Source of the DNA: Octopus bimaculoides
Taxonomy: Eukaryota
Reading direction: 5' to 3'
NCBI RefSeq assembly: GCF_001194135.2
Contig: NC_068981.1
Span: forward strand, 160,432,722 to 160,496,721
Length of the DNA: 64,000 nt
Positions within the stretch are counted from its first letter, which is position 1, and each line of letters begins with the position of its first letter. A program made the position numbers and the translations under genes. This document shows positions 1 through 12,440 of the stretch, in pieces. The notes beneath the pieces are model-generated. The model ran no database searches, had not been told where the DNA came from, and saw nothing but the letters and a program-made list of their open reading frames with translations.

Positions 1-152
1 TTGGTTGATTTGAAATATAATACAAGGAACATTCCAGATTGTGTAGAAAAAGTGGCAAGATTTGATAATAGCACAACAGTAAGAATTATCTCAATTGTTA
101 CTTTGAATTTTTATCTCAATATCCTTCTATGATAAATAAAATAAATATTAGT

Positions 153-560
153 TGGTCTGGCTGTATGGTTAAAAAACCTTCGTTCCCAACCATGTGATCC
201 TGGGCTCATCCCACTGCATAGCACCTTGGATCTTCTGTTCTAACCTTGGGCCAACCAAAGCTTTGTGAGTGGATTTGGTAGATGGAGCCTGAAAGAAATA
301 TGTTTGTGTGCGTGTTTGTGTGTGTGTGTGTGTGCATGCCCATGTCTAAACATCATGTGATGGTTGTAAATGAGCATCATCATGATACAAGCAAAGTTGT
401 TTGTCTCTGGTCGTCTAGCTATGGTAAATTATTACCTTATTTGAAAACAGGTGAGGATTAGTGGCAGGAAGGGCATCCATCCATGAAAAATCTATCTCAA
501 CAAATTCTGTCTGACCCATGCAGGCATGAAAAAGTGGACTCTTAATGACGATGTTGATGA
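153..560 (+). mobile_element. tRNA-headed SINE (family A head) with an internal (GT)n and an RTE-type 3' tail ending in (GAT)n
   Basis: Head resembles the copy at 44735. The tail GGAAGGGCATCC...GACCCATGCAGGCATGAAAAAGTGGAC...GATGATG resembles the RTE 3' end at 29575-29720. Confidence 0.7.
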
Positions 561-2530
561 TGAATTTATTGTAGTCAAAATACACTACTAGTATTTAGGA
601 GTTAGTCAACACATGATTGTTTTCTTTTAATGACTTAGTCAGAAGTAGTGAGTCTCTACTCATGACTTTTACAGGCTCTCCAAGATTGCTGAGATTGTTG
701 TGATTTTTATGGTCAGCTTGAACATCAGCAGCATGAAAAGTGGGTTGGGGTAAAGGATTCCTGGGGATTAATATTTTAAGAAAGGGGAGATTGAACAAAG
801 TGGTTGGCACAGCAGGGATGATGGGAGTGTTAGAAGTTGTTATGCAACTAGCTAGATAGAGAAATAGAAGTGATTGTTATAATGATAAAATAGGCAGCAT
901 GTCTGTAGGCATGTCTGCAGTGTGTCAGCAAGTTAGTCCTTGTAAATCAGTAGAAAGGCCATTCTATGGATCCAGGTTTAGAGCATTTGTAGCCATGATG
1001 ATTGAGTAGTTAACATTCCTACCTACCAACCAGAAAGTCATGAATTTAAAAACCTGCTACTGTCATTGCAAAGCCAATAACTTGTCCTGCAGAGTAAATT
1101 TTCATTTCCAGCTCTTGGTTAAAAGATTGAAATGTAGAAAAACATCCAAATGTAAAAACACATTGTTAAACAATTTTTTTATTAGAATTATTCAATCCAT
1201 ACAACAAAAAACACTGTATGCTTTAGAGAAATATAAAACAAATTCTGTTTGTTATAATAGCCAACTTATTTAAAATATTCAATATGCTCTCAATTGTTAT
1301 GTGTATTGTTTGTAAATTATAATTAATGACTTAAAGAAAAATAATTTTATGTGTATGTATGTGTGCGGTCTGTTACTTTTCAAAGAATAATGGGTTTTTT
1401 TACAAAATATAAAATTTTATGTAACCCCATTGTCTTTAGCATTGTTTTATCAATTTAAAATATTCCATTCATTTTGATAAATTTTTTCGCCTGAATCCAT
1501 TGTAGTTTCTATAGCAACTGAAAGATATTTTTTGTTGTGTTTTTTGAGATAGATTTTTCTTATTATTTTTCCTAACACATTTTTAGATTATTAGCTATTT
1601 AAAAATTCCTCTCAGCTATTGCTATATATATATATATATATATATACAAGCGCACGCACACACACACACACATATATATATATTTGTCAATAACATTAAT
1701 AATATAGGTATTTCTATTCAATATTTAATGGCACTTCACATTCAGTCTAGTACATTGTAAACTTCATATACTATAGTTCATTTCTAAAATGATGCATTGG
1801 GTCAAAAAGGTCTACATCAAACAGTAGATGAAATAAAAGACAAATATTAATCTGTGTATATGTTTGTGTGTGTGTGTGTGTGCCATAACAGATAGCTAAT
1901 AAATCAGGATTACCAATAAATCAATAAGACATAAATAGATCTCTTCAGGAAATTTGAAAGATAAATAATTTCGAAATGCTTTAGATTCTATTAAAAGAAT
2001 TACAGATATGATCACTGATAGAATGTAATGACACCAGTTGTGCTGCCTAACTGGTCAGCAGATGAATTTGAAATTCAGATTGATTGTAGTATTCTCATTT
2101 TGCTGTTTGGCCTTTGAAATTATTGTTGTGGATGCCTATGAATAGAAACTACTAGATAGCCTTAAGTCTTGATCAGATTTAATTTTGAAAGTCTAACTTA
2201 AATGACTTAAATTAATCGTATATGATTTTGTTTTCCTTTCTTTTTTTTTTCTTTTTTTTTCTGGTTGTTGCTATGAAATTGGCACTAGATATACTCTATA
2301 TATATTTCTGAAAAATAGCTTCCTGTTTATTTCAGTCATTCAAAGCAGTTTTTAAACTTGGAAATTCTTCCTGTTTTTTTAAATTATTGTTCTGCAGAGA
2401 TTGCCTTTGTCTTTTATCTTTTCGGGATTGATAAAATACCAGTCGGGCACTGGAGTCAAGGTAACCATCTTACCTCATCGTACAAAACTTCAGACTTTGT
2501 GCTTACATTAGAAAGAATTATTATTATTAT

Positions 2531-2712
2531 TATTTTGAATATTGTGCCAATCCCCCCAATATTTCAGGCTTTGTGCCCATTTTAGAAAAGTTTATTTTGA
2601 ATATTGTGACAATCCCCCAAAATTTCAGGTCTTGTGCCTATTATAGAAAAGATTATTTTGAATATTGTACCAATACCCCAAAATTTCAGGTCTTGTGCCT
2701 ATTGTAGAAAAG

Positions 2713-2715
<3 letters not shown>
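2531..2715 (+). repeat. Three tandem ~61-62 bp copies of a SINE 3' terminus
   Basis: TATTTTGAATATTGT..CAAT.CCCC.A.ATTTCAGG..TTGTGCC.ATT.TAGAAAAG units start at 2531, 2593 and 2654. Confidence 0.85.
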
Positions 2716-2751
<36 letters not shown>

Positions 2752-2894
2752 GTTCAGTAGTTTTATTTTTATAGTGTGCTTTCACTTCACTACCGAGCAC
2801 AGCTCTGTGTGCCTTGGGTATGTGCTGTGGTTTGCTGTGATGCTCTTATGGTTACTGTATTGAAAGTGTTTTGCGTAGGATGTGTACAGTGCCC

Positions 2895-2895
<1 letters not shown>
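2752..2895 (-). mobile_element. R4/Dong-clade LINE extreme 3' fragment (ORF end plus 3' UTR) inside a (TAT)n tract
   Basis: The minus strand reads GTVHILRKTLSIQ-stop, then a UTR, then (AAT)n. This resembles the LLGTAHILRK C-terminus of REL-endonuclease LINEs. Confidence 0.7.
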
Positions 2896-2942
<47 letters not shown>

Positions 2943-2943
2943 C

Positions 2944-3160
2944 TAAGGCAGCAACTGGCAGAATTGTTAGCACGCTGGGCAAAATACTTAGCAGCATTTC
3001 ATCTATCTTTACATTTTGAGTTCAAATTCTGCCAAAGTGGACTTTGTCTTTTATCCTTTCGGGGTCCATAAAATAAGTACCAATAGAACACTGGGGTCAA
3101 TTTAATCAACTTACTCCTGCCCCAAAATTGCTGGCCTTGTTCCAAAATGTTAAACCATTA
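2944..3160 (+). mobile_element. tRNA-headed SINE (family C, AGGC.GC.A.CTGGCAGAAT.GTTAGC head) ending in (ATT)n
   Basis: Related copies at 3688-3897, 4016-4195, 44675-45665 (interrupted), 53890-54075 (-) and 60355-60535 (-). A B-box-like GAGTTCAAAT is present. Confidence 0.75.
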
Positions 3161-3184
3161 TTATTATTGGTGGTGGTGGTGTTG

Positions 3185-3640
3185 TCATCATTTCACTTCT
3201 CTGAGCTCTCTATTTCTGTAAGATCAGAGAACAACTTGTTGTCAAAGGTCTCACAAGGTCTTCTTCCATGATACTTCACATCCGAGTACCAATCTCAAAA
3301 TTCTTGCTAAAGCAGTTTTCTGAGCATGTCCTACCCTCATGTCAATCACAATTTCTCCTACAAATTTCTCAAACCTGGTTGTTAATGCTCCCACTGTTCC
3401 TACAACTACTGGAATAGCAGCTTCTTTCTTTATTGCCCATATTCATGAAAGCTCATCTTTTAGTAGATTGTACCTTTCAATCTTTTCCACTTCTTTATCG
3501 TCAGCTCATACATTCCGAGGTATGGTAATGTCTATGTTCTCGGTTTCCTTCATCATTTTATCAACTACAACAATGTCTGGTCTCTGAGCATCAATCACAG
3601 AATCACACTGGCTTGTAAAATCCCACAAGATCTTATATTG
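3185..3640 (-). mobile_element. R4/Dong-clade LINE 3' fragment encoding a decayed restriction-like endonuclease
   Basis: Minus-strand translation: YKILWDFTSQCDSVIDAQRPDIVVVDK...IDITIP...KEVEKIERY..L..EL..IW....IPVVVGTVGAL...QKTALARILRLVL. Two in-frame stops. Confidence 0.85.
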
Positions 3641-3912
3641 TTGTTGTTGTTGTTGTTGCTGTTGCTGTTGTTGTTGTTGTTGTTGTTAAGACAATGAGCT
3701 GGCAGAATCATTAGCACATCAGACAAAATAGCAGCATTTCCTCTGGCTCTGTGTTTTGAGTTCAAATTCTGCTGAAGTTGACTTTGCCTTTTGTCCTTTA
3801 TGGTTGATAAAAGTATCAGTCAAGCACTGGAGTTGATGAAATCAACTAATCTCCTCCCCTAAATTTTCAAGCCGTGTGCCTATAATAGAAAGGACTATTA
3901 TTATTATTGTTG

Positions 3913-3958
<46 letters not shown>

Positions 3959-4015
3959 TACTACTACTACTACTCCTCCTCCTCCTCCTCCTCCTACTAC
4001 TACTACTACTACTAC
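3638..4015. repeat. Compound trinucleotide microsatellites (TTG)n and (TAT)n-(TAC)n-(TCC)n-(TAC)n flanking a SINE copy
   Basis: Directly visible. These tracts generate the poly-L, poly-N and poly-S ORFs in the track. Confidence 0.9.
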
Positions 4016-4203
4016 TGAGGCAGCCAGCTTGCCAAATCATTAGCACATCAGACAGAATGCTTAGTGACATTTTTCTTGGATTTATACTTTGAATTCAAAT
4101 TCCATTGAAGTCAACCTTGTCTTTGATCCTTTCAGGGTCGATAAAATATAGCCTCCTAAAATTTCTGGTCCTGTGTGAAAATTGGAAGCCATTATTATTA
4201 TTA

Positions 4204-4390
4204 TTCAGTGGTCTTATTTTTATCATGTGCTTTCACTGCACTACTGAGTGTAGCTTTGTGTGCCTTCGGTATGTGCTGTGGTTTGTTGTGATGCTCTTAT
4301 TCTTAATGTATTGAAAGTGTTTTACACAGGATGTGTGTGGTACCTAGTAGTGCTACTTTTGTATGTTATATATACTTGTTAGTCCTGGTG
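4204..4390 (-). mobile_element. Second R4/Dong 3' fragment, same family as 2752-2895
   Basis: The minus strand reads PGLTSIYNIQ/KVALLGTTHILCKTLSIH-stop with one frameshift. The UTR aligns with 2752-2860. It abuts a (TAT)n tract. Confidence 0.75.
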
Positions 4391-6992
4391 TTTTTGTTAT
4401 GTATTTGTCTGAATGTTTTTATTATTATTTTTTTAAATAATAATGATAATAATAACCAACTTGTCGCTTTCCCCCCCAAAACATTCAGACCATGTGCCTA
4501 TAGTAGAAAGGATTATCATTAATGCTTTTAATGTCCAGTCATAAAAAAGAAAACATTTTTGATGAATCATAACTCGTATCAACTTTTCCCTATCAATTGT
4601 GTTCTAAAAAGAAAATCTTGTAAGTTTCTGTCAGTGATGTGTTTATTTCTATTCACTGCTTTCTAATTTCTTCATGTCTTTTAAAAGTCTTCTTGAACAT
4701 ATTCTAACACATGCTTAGATCTAATCAGTTTATCTTTTGGAGGATTACATCAATCCATAAAATATTTATTTCACTATTTCATAAAGAAATTTTTAGAACA
4801 TTATTGTTATGTTATGTCACTCTCTATATCTCAGCTGAAACATAGTTAAGAAAAACAACTTTACTAGTATTAGCTTCTATTGTTTTGATACTTGGAAGCA
4901 GTTTTACTTGGCAAACAATATTTTAAATTTAGTTCTTTATTGCATAAATCATTTAATTTTCTATATCTTTAGAAATATTTGAATTTGTAAAAGTCTTAAT
5001 TTGTTAGAATAAACAGGTATTTTATATTGCAATATATTAAGAAGCTTTTAGTAGTGAATAGCTAGGTAAAATTGGAAAGTTAGATATACATGTGATGGTG
5101 GTGGAGAGAACATTACTCAACATCTTTAATTTTAGCTGACCTAAAACCAATCAACAATATAATGTTGAACTTATTCATTCTGTTTTCTTCAGTGAAATTA
5201 CTGTTCTATTTTTCTCCTACTTTTTGAGTACTAAGCAATTGACTTAGTAGTTTATAACTGACAAAGCTCTTTGAAATGTTGTTCCTGATAATGCTAGATA
5301 TTTACTAATGCTACTATATTAATAAAATATCAATAGTTACAGATTGTGAATGAATTATCTTCTAAGATTTTCAATAGGAAGTGATATCAGATATTAGAAA
5401 CACTAAAGGAACTGACCCAGTGGCTGGACTGAAACCACATATCTATCGCTTAATGCTCAACAACTCTGTTACTTGTTACACTAACCCTGTCCTGTAATTG
5501 ACTAATTATCTTAGTTAAAAAAATATAAAAAATTGATTTATGTGCTCTTTACATTAAAAATCATTCTTTCATAATTTGATTTATGGGGCTATTTCTCATA
5601 ATAAACATTGTATCAAGCTGAGAGACATTGCTATAGTGAGCATTAATGTATATAATATACAGTATATTCATATAAGGCCATATTTAACACATTCAAGTGC
5701 GCTCAGACATGGGAAGGCCTTTCACTGCAGAAATAATCTCAGAAGAAATTTCTCACAGTGGGTTGTAAATGACACAGGACATTTATTTCTGCATTATGTC
5801 ATCAGCTTTGAATACTACATTTGCCTTTCATAGTCTGAAAACAACTAATCATTCTTATATTAGAACAGAAAACAGTACATTTGGTCATATCAGAATTAAT
5901 CAACTAAAGTTACATAAAGTAGCATTGAATAAGATATATTCATGTAACGTTATATTTAACATGTAGCTGATTGATGCAAACAATGCAGAAATACATGTAT
6001 CCTTCAATCTAATGATGTCATTTATTGCCCTGTGTGTTTTTACATGTTATCTTGGAGGAAACTTTTCTCCCCAAACTATTTCTGCAGTGAATGGCTTTCC
6101 CATATCCAAGCCTACTCAGACATGTTAGATATGACTTTGCCCAAATATATTTTATTAAATACTACTTTGTGTGTCTTAGTTAAATAATACTCAGTATTTG
6201 TGTATGGAGTGTAACATGTTCTGCTATGCTAATTAATTCACTAATTATACAGAGAGAGATAAAAACAGTATGAAAAAATTGGTTTAAGTATCCAATTTGA
6301 GAGAGAGAAATTTAGAAATGCTCTGTAAGCAGCTTGTCACTTAGTAAATTGGTAGTTCAACTCCCTTAGGTAGACCTGTTTTTCTTTTCTCTCTCATATT
6401 GGTGTTTGTAATATTAACCATGCTGTAGCCATCAAGGACCATTGGCAGCTTGCATTTGCAAACATTTGGGGGCTAATATTCTGTGGGGCACCACTCTGCA
6501 GCAGACTTGTCTCATTTTCAGTTAAGTGGATTGGAGTAACATGATATGAAATGCTTTGGCTATGAACACAATGCACGCTCCAGTTTGGAAATCAAACCTA
6601 ACAACTATGATGCAAACAGGCTAACCACAAAACCATGTCTCTTCTTATATTAATGGAACTTATCAACTATTGTTTTGTTGTTTCAGACCAAAAATTTGAA
6701 ACCTATTCTTTATGAACATACTGCTAAATGAAAAGCTGAAAAATATCAAACCTAAGAAAACAGTTCGTTAAACATATATGATCCTGATCAATTTTTAAGA
6801 TATCAATATCCAGCTGCAATATTCAATTGGTTACAAAATACCCCAGTCTCAACATTGCAGTAAATAAACCATTTCAAGAGGAAGAGAAAAAAAGAAGTGA
6901 TTGATATGATTTGCTTTATTGTTATTGATCTTAAAGATGTCATTTGTATATCAAGCATTATACTTATATTTCAACATTTTTTTTTTTTTTAG

Positions 6993-7130
6993 ATGGATAA
7001 TATCTTGCTTGGTGTCCATGATGTCAACTTGAAACTAACTCTGGCATTCGGTTGTGGTCTTCATCATGCTGGCTTACAAGAGAAAGATCGAAAAATTGTT
7101 GAAGAATTATTTGTCAATCAAAAAATTCAA
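6993..7130 (+). CDS. ASCC3: ASCC3 internal exon A (second helicase cassette, RecA2 region): [46 protein letters not shown]
   Basis: Poly-T tract plus AG at 6991-6992 and GTAAGT donor at 7131. 138 nt, phase 0/0. The peptide closely matches the ASCC3 segment I recall as [29 protein letters not shown]. The ATG is an internal Met, not the start codon. Confidence 0.95.
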
Positions 7131-7639
7131 GTAAGTGACATCTTTATTATCAATCAACCAGACTGGTTATACTTTCTCTTGTTTCAGTTATTTTAAAAAG
7201 ATATGTAGAAAATTTCTTTCACGAAGGTTGTACCAAAAGTAATGCAAAAATGGGCATAACTTTTTTATTAACTGACAGGTTATTCAAAGCACACATGTTA
7301 GTTTCATCTATCAAAGAACCTCCCCTTCCTCTCTCTCTCTCTAACAGGTAGATGTAATACATGATTTTCTTAGGAAGAGTATAATAGGTGTTAGGATGAA
7401 TGGCTGGCTGTGTTTCAGTTACATATATGAATATATTTACATTAGCTCCTTTGTATTAAGGGTTGGATAAAGGAGATCTTCAAGCTGAAATAATACTTTA
7501 TCACTGGGTTATTAGTAACTCTAGTATATGGATTACATATTTATTTAAATATGAAATATTTAACATGTGCATTGTATCTATTTTTCTTCATTCCTCTGTA
7601 AGTGCTTGTGTCAAGACTATTGGAAAGTCGAAATTACTT

Positions 7640-8400
7640 AAGATTTTGTGATAGACTTTCCACAATAACTTCAGAAGAAGAAGAGTGTATGCAAAACAGA
7701 TTTTCTTCCAAGAAGAATCATAGGGGCTCTGTCAGTGACATTTGTGTGCTTTGACAATACTTGAACTCCACATGCCAAAAAATCATTTCTTTGGCTTACA
7801 CATTGCCACTACAAAATACCCACCAGAAATCGTGGCAACCATCGAGAATATCTATAACAACAGCATGTACTATGTGAGTGTATCAGGTAGCTAAGTAATA
7901 GCTTCCCAAAGAGATAAATTAACACTTTTCTCATTTGTTACAATGTTAGACTATATATTGAGCAAAAGTGTTCAATAACATTGTATTGTAACTATTATTA
8001 TGCATATTTATTTATGCCTCCTGATCTGGATTTCATGGATGACTTTGACCTCATAGATGACACACCATCATCATCTTTTCACCATGTGACAGTCTCTCAA
8101 TCTGACACATTGAGGGTGGGTCTCAAAGTCAATTTTAAGAAACAAAATGCATTAATGTCAGGATAATGAAAATTAATTTGCATTATCAAAATGGCAGGAT
8201 TATACAATGCTTTAAGTGCCTTAGTTTCCAGATATTATAAACTGAAACTAACCTCATGTACAGGCAATGTCTAGCTTGGAGCATCTTTTGACAGCTGGAA
8301 CAATTATGTATATCAAAAGAAGCAACTCTAAATCTTAAGCAGCAACTGCTCAACACATTAATGCGTTAATGCTACTTTAGGATTTAGAGCAATAAACAAC
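7640..8400 (+). mobile_element. Decayed RTE-like LINE reverse transcriptase remnant
   Basis: Fragments HYKIP/PEIVATIENIYNNS, DLDFMDDFDLI (FADD-type motif) and RVGLKVNFKK occur in RT order, with frameshifts. Confidence 0.55.
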
Positions 8401-9982
8401 AGCATTCTTAATTATACTTATTAGAACATTCAAATGTGTGATAAAATGCTCTAACTAATCTTGAAAAGTTTCACTTAGTTTAACTTAATGGAATGTTATT
8501 AATTACTTTGCACAGCCACTTGACGAGTTTATCTGTGGATCTGTCTATATATGTTTAACAAAATTCTATATCCTACAGTTATAAGCTCTTATGATTGAAA
8601 GAAGAGGAAACTAAATATGAAAGGAATCTTCCATACTTAAATATTCATAAACAATGTTTTAACCAAAGGGAAAATTAAATAACAATGCATTAACTTGAAA
8701 GAAAATTTAATAACAACATATTAACCAGAAGGAAAATTTAATTAAACAGCATTATTTTCAATAGCTTTGTATCTGTTTTCTCCACACTGGTCGATGTACT
8801 GGTCAATGCCTGCAATAATCCAATCTATAATATGAGTAGAAATGACAGTTCTATTAATCATTTGTTGATAATAGCAAAAGAGTGTAGTGTCTAAGGACTA
8901 ATCAGAATTAAGAAATGTTTCAGAGGAAATAAATGAGCTCAAAATAAAACCAAAGACAAAGGTGTGTGTGTGTTTGTGCATGCACATGCAAGCATGAATG
9001 AATGCAAAACATCTATTTTATATAATTATGTTGAATATATTTGGCTCTGAGTTCAGCTTTGTCTTTAAATTTGTTTAGTTTTTCTGTTTTACATCTCTTT
9101 CTGTGCTAACACAAGTAAGATATTTGAATATTATTCAGTACCCTTCATACTGCTGACCTTTCAACCGTAAAATAGTGGAGGCAATGTTATGCGCCTTTCC
9201 AAGAGTACAATCAAATGGCTGTAGCAAAGTTTAAACTAATGACCATGTGATCAATAGCGAAGCAACCTTAACTTCACAGTTATTGTGTGTCTGCAAGTTT
9301 TACAATCATTAATTCCTGCTTATACATGTTTGATGGTTGGCCTTTGTCCAGCTCTTTTTTATCCTTGATATGTTCTGCCATGCAATCTAGCCTTCTACAA
9401 GACTAACTTTATTGACTTTAGATGTAAAAAAACAACACTGTATTGTAATAAAACATGATGTAGGGAAACCTTTGGTGGATTACACATGTATATCTATATT
9501 TTCAGAATTGATTTTGCATTGAGTCTGTTCTCATAATAAAGATATGAATTTTATATTTTAAATCTATAATTTAGCATAAAGTAAAGAGAAAGAGAAATAA
9601 TTATAACATTTTCACACATCTAGTTTGAAATTTATAGAAATTAACTATACACAAATAATGATTTTTGAAGTAAATTTTTACTGCCAGGTAGTTTTTTTTT
9701 TTAAGGTTGTGTATGATATGAAATTTAATAAAAACTGAAATGCCAACTATCTGAAACAATGTGCTTTAAATGAAAAATTGAGATAAAGATTCAAACAATT
9801 TCACAAACTATCTTTTATTAGACAGATTACATATTTCCCATTTATAGCATAGCATTTCATATATGCCATCACTTTTATTTCTGTTTTTGCAACACTATTA
9901 AAATCAATCAATACCCTACCCCATTTTTGTCTGTCTTCTTCCTTACCCATCCACTGTATCTGCCTTCCATCACACTCTATAT

Positions 9983-10020
<38 letters not shown>

Positions 10021-10310
10021 CACTCACTCACTCACTCACTCACATACAATTATATTAATTACTTTTCAAAATCAACAAATATGTAATCATTGATACCACT
10101 GAATTTTTTCATCTTTCATCAAATATCAATATTTTTCTTCTTAATCATTATTTAATGAATATTCCTGAATTTTATCTGATGAAATACATTCTGTTTATCA
10201 GTGTGTGTGTGTGTGTAATATCTAGTCTGTATGTCTCTGCTATTGCTTCAACTAAAAATTCATTGAGTTGGGTAATCAACCATGTTGACATTGGTGGCAA
10301 CTGTACACAT

Positions 10311-10518
10311 TATGAGGAGATGCTGAAAAGTTCCTGGCTTTAAGGGTATCACAAAACCTTCCAAGTTCTTATACAGGGCTTAGAAAAACTGAAGGACTGC
10401 TGCAATAAGTGTGTAAATCTGAGAGGAGAATATATTGAATAAAATCATAATTAAATGATCCCCCTGTATTTTCTTTGACCCCAAAGCCAGGAAATTTTCA
10501 GCCCCCTCCCCCCTCGTA
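10311..10518 (+). mobile_element. Mariner-derived MITE with TA ends
   Basis: TIRs TGAGGAGATGCTGAAAAGTTCCTGGCTTT ... AAAGCCAGGAAATTTTCAGCCCCCTC. The interior encodes a mariner-like C-terminus (KLKDCCNKCVNLRGEYIE-stop). Confidence 0.75.
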
Positions 10519-11874
10519 TATTATTCTCAATTTTGTCAATGAATCTTTCTCAGCTAAGTGAAAATTATTATTTCTGTCACTATATGATTATTAAGATCCT
10601 ACTAGAGATTATATTAGGACATACATATATGAGTCATCACAAGAATGATGTTCACTACTTCATCTCTGTATATCATAAAGCAATTATAATAAACCTGACT
10701 AAATTCACCTTTTGGCTTCTGAAAGCTGTTTCAGTTATTTTAAAAAGATATGTAGAAAATTTCAGGTTCAGTCCATCTGCATAGCAACTTGGGCAAGTAT
10801 CTTCTAATTTTGCCTCAGGTCAACCAAAGCTTTGCTAATTGTGTGTGTTTTGGATGTCTTTATGTCTCCTTGTCTTCACATCACATAATGATTACAAACA
10901 AGTGATGTCATTCATTTCCAATTTTGCATGGAAACATGTCAAATCATGGGAGAATTTTTTTCTCTTTCTGTCTGTCTCACTCTACCCCTCTCTCTCATAT
11001 CTAGAAGCAGGGGTGCACATTATGTCCTTTTTTAAATTTACAAAATACTGGATGAAGTTTAAAATGTTTTTTTCAGTCTGTGAATTTAAAATGTTGATTC
11101 AATTTATTGAGATAATGGCTTTTTTTTTTTTATGTATTTTGGAATCAGTTTCCAATTCAGGTTAGGTTATTTGTTGATAATTTTTGTGTGCTGATTCTTT
11201 TGATTTTGTACTCATTTACTGGTTTCTTTGTTGTTGTCACCGTCATTGTTTAATCCCTTATCAAGCCATAAAATAGGAGTTTAAGTAATCAACAATAACA
11301 ATAAATTTCAAAGGCCACAATTTTTTTTTTTTTTTTTTTTTTTACATTTAGAATTTTTTAAACTTTTTCAGTGCATTTTATAAGGCAGTTATGTTAAAGC
11401 TGACTAAACTTACCTTTTCTTATAGATCTCATCATTATATCAGGAAAAGCCAATGCTTTTAAGACATGACTGCATTTCCAAGAAGTTCACTTCCCAACTT
11501 TAGTTTCAGGTTTAGTCACACTACATAGCATTTTGGGCAAATGTCTTCTACTATAGCTCATGTGAATGAATTTGGTACATTAAACTGAAAGAAACTTGTC
11601 ATGTTTGTGTATATATGTGTGAGAGGAAAAAATGGACATACACACAAACACATACACAATTACAAAGTCTCTACCTCTCTCTGAACTCAAAACAATTTGA
11701 AAATCCTACACGATTAGGTGAAAAGCGCTTTATTTAATTTATAAAACATGTGACATTAATAAAAATCTGTAAATGTACAAACATCCAGATTTCTGAGTAC
11801 CTTAATTTTTTTCTATAATATAATTTCTGTACATCACCTCCAAACCTTCCAATATATATATATATATATATCAT

Positions 11875-12440
11875 CACCATCATCATCGTTTAACGTCTGC
11901 TTTCCATGCTAGCATGGGTTGGACGATTTGACTGAGGACTGGTGAACCGGATGGCTGCACCAGGCTCCAATCTGATCTGGCAGAGTTTCTACAGCTGGAT
12001 GTCCTTCCTAACACCAACCGCTCCAAGAGTGTAGTGGGTGTTTTACGTGCCACCAGCACGAGGTCCAGTCTGGCTGTACTGGCAATGGCCACGCTCAAAG
12101 TAGTGTTTTTTACATGCCACCTGCACAGGAGTCAGTCCAGCAGCACTGGCAAAGACTTCACTCAAATGTTTTGATCATGTGCCAGTAAGGCAACGCTGGT
12201 AACGATCATGCTCAAATGGTGCTTTTTATGTGCCACCGGCATGGAAGCCAGACAGCTGCTCTGGCAGTGATCTTGGTCGGATGGTGCTGTTAGTGCTCCA
12301 CTGGCACGGGTGCCAGTCATCGAATTTGGTTCAGTTTCGATTTCACTTGCCCCAACAGGTCTTCGCAAGCAGAGTTTAGTGTCCAATGAAGGAAGGTTGG
12401 CATGGGTGCCAGTTGTCGAATTTGGTTTGAATTCGATTAT
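11875..12440 (-). mobile_element. RTE-family 3' UTR/tail with internal hairpin modules
   Basis: CATCATCGTTTAACGTCTGCTTTCCATGCTAGCATGGGTTGGACG matches 29575 onward and, in reverse, 55110-55290. Confidence 0.75.

Noticed and set aside
2782-4092. Poly-N, poly-Y, poly-L and poly-S ORFs
   Set aside because: They are translations of trinucleotide microsatellites, with no splice or homology support.
6993-7196. ORF-track call of a standalone 67-aa protein starting at ATG 6993
   Set aside because: The ATG directly follows a splice acceptor, and homology stops at the GTAAGT donor (7131). It is an internal ASCC3 exon.
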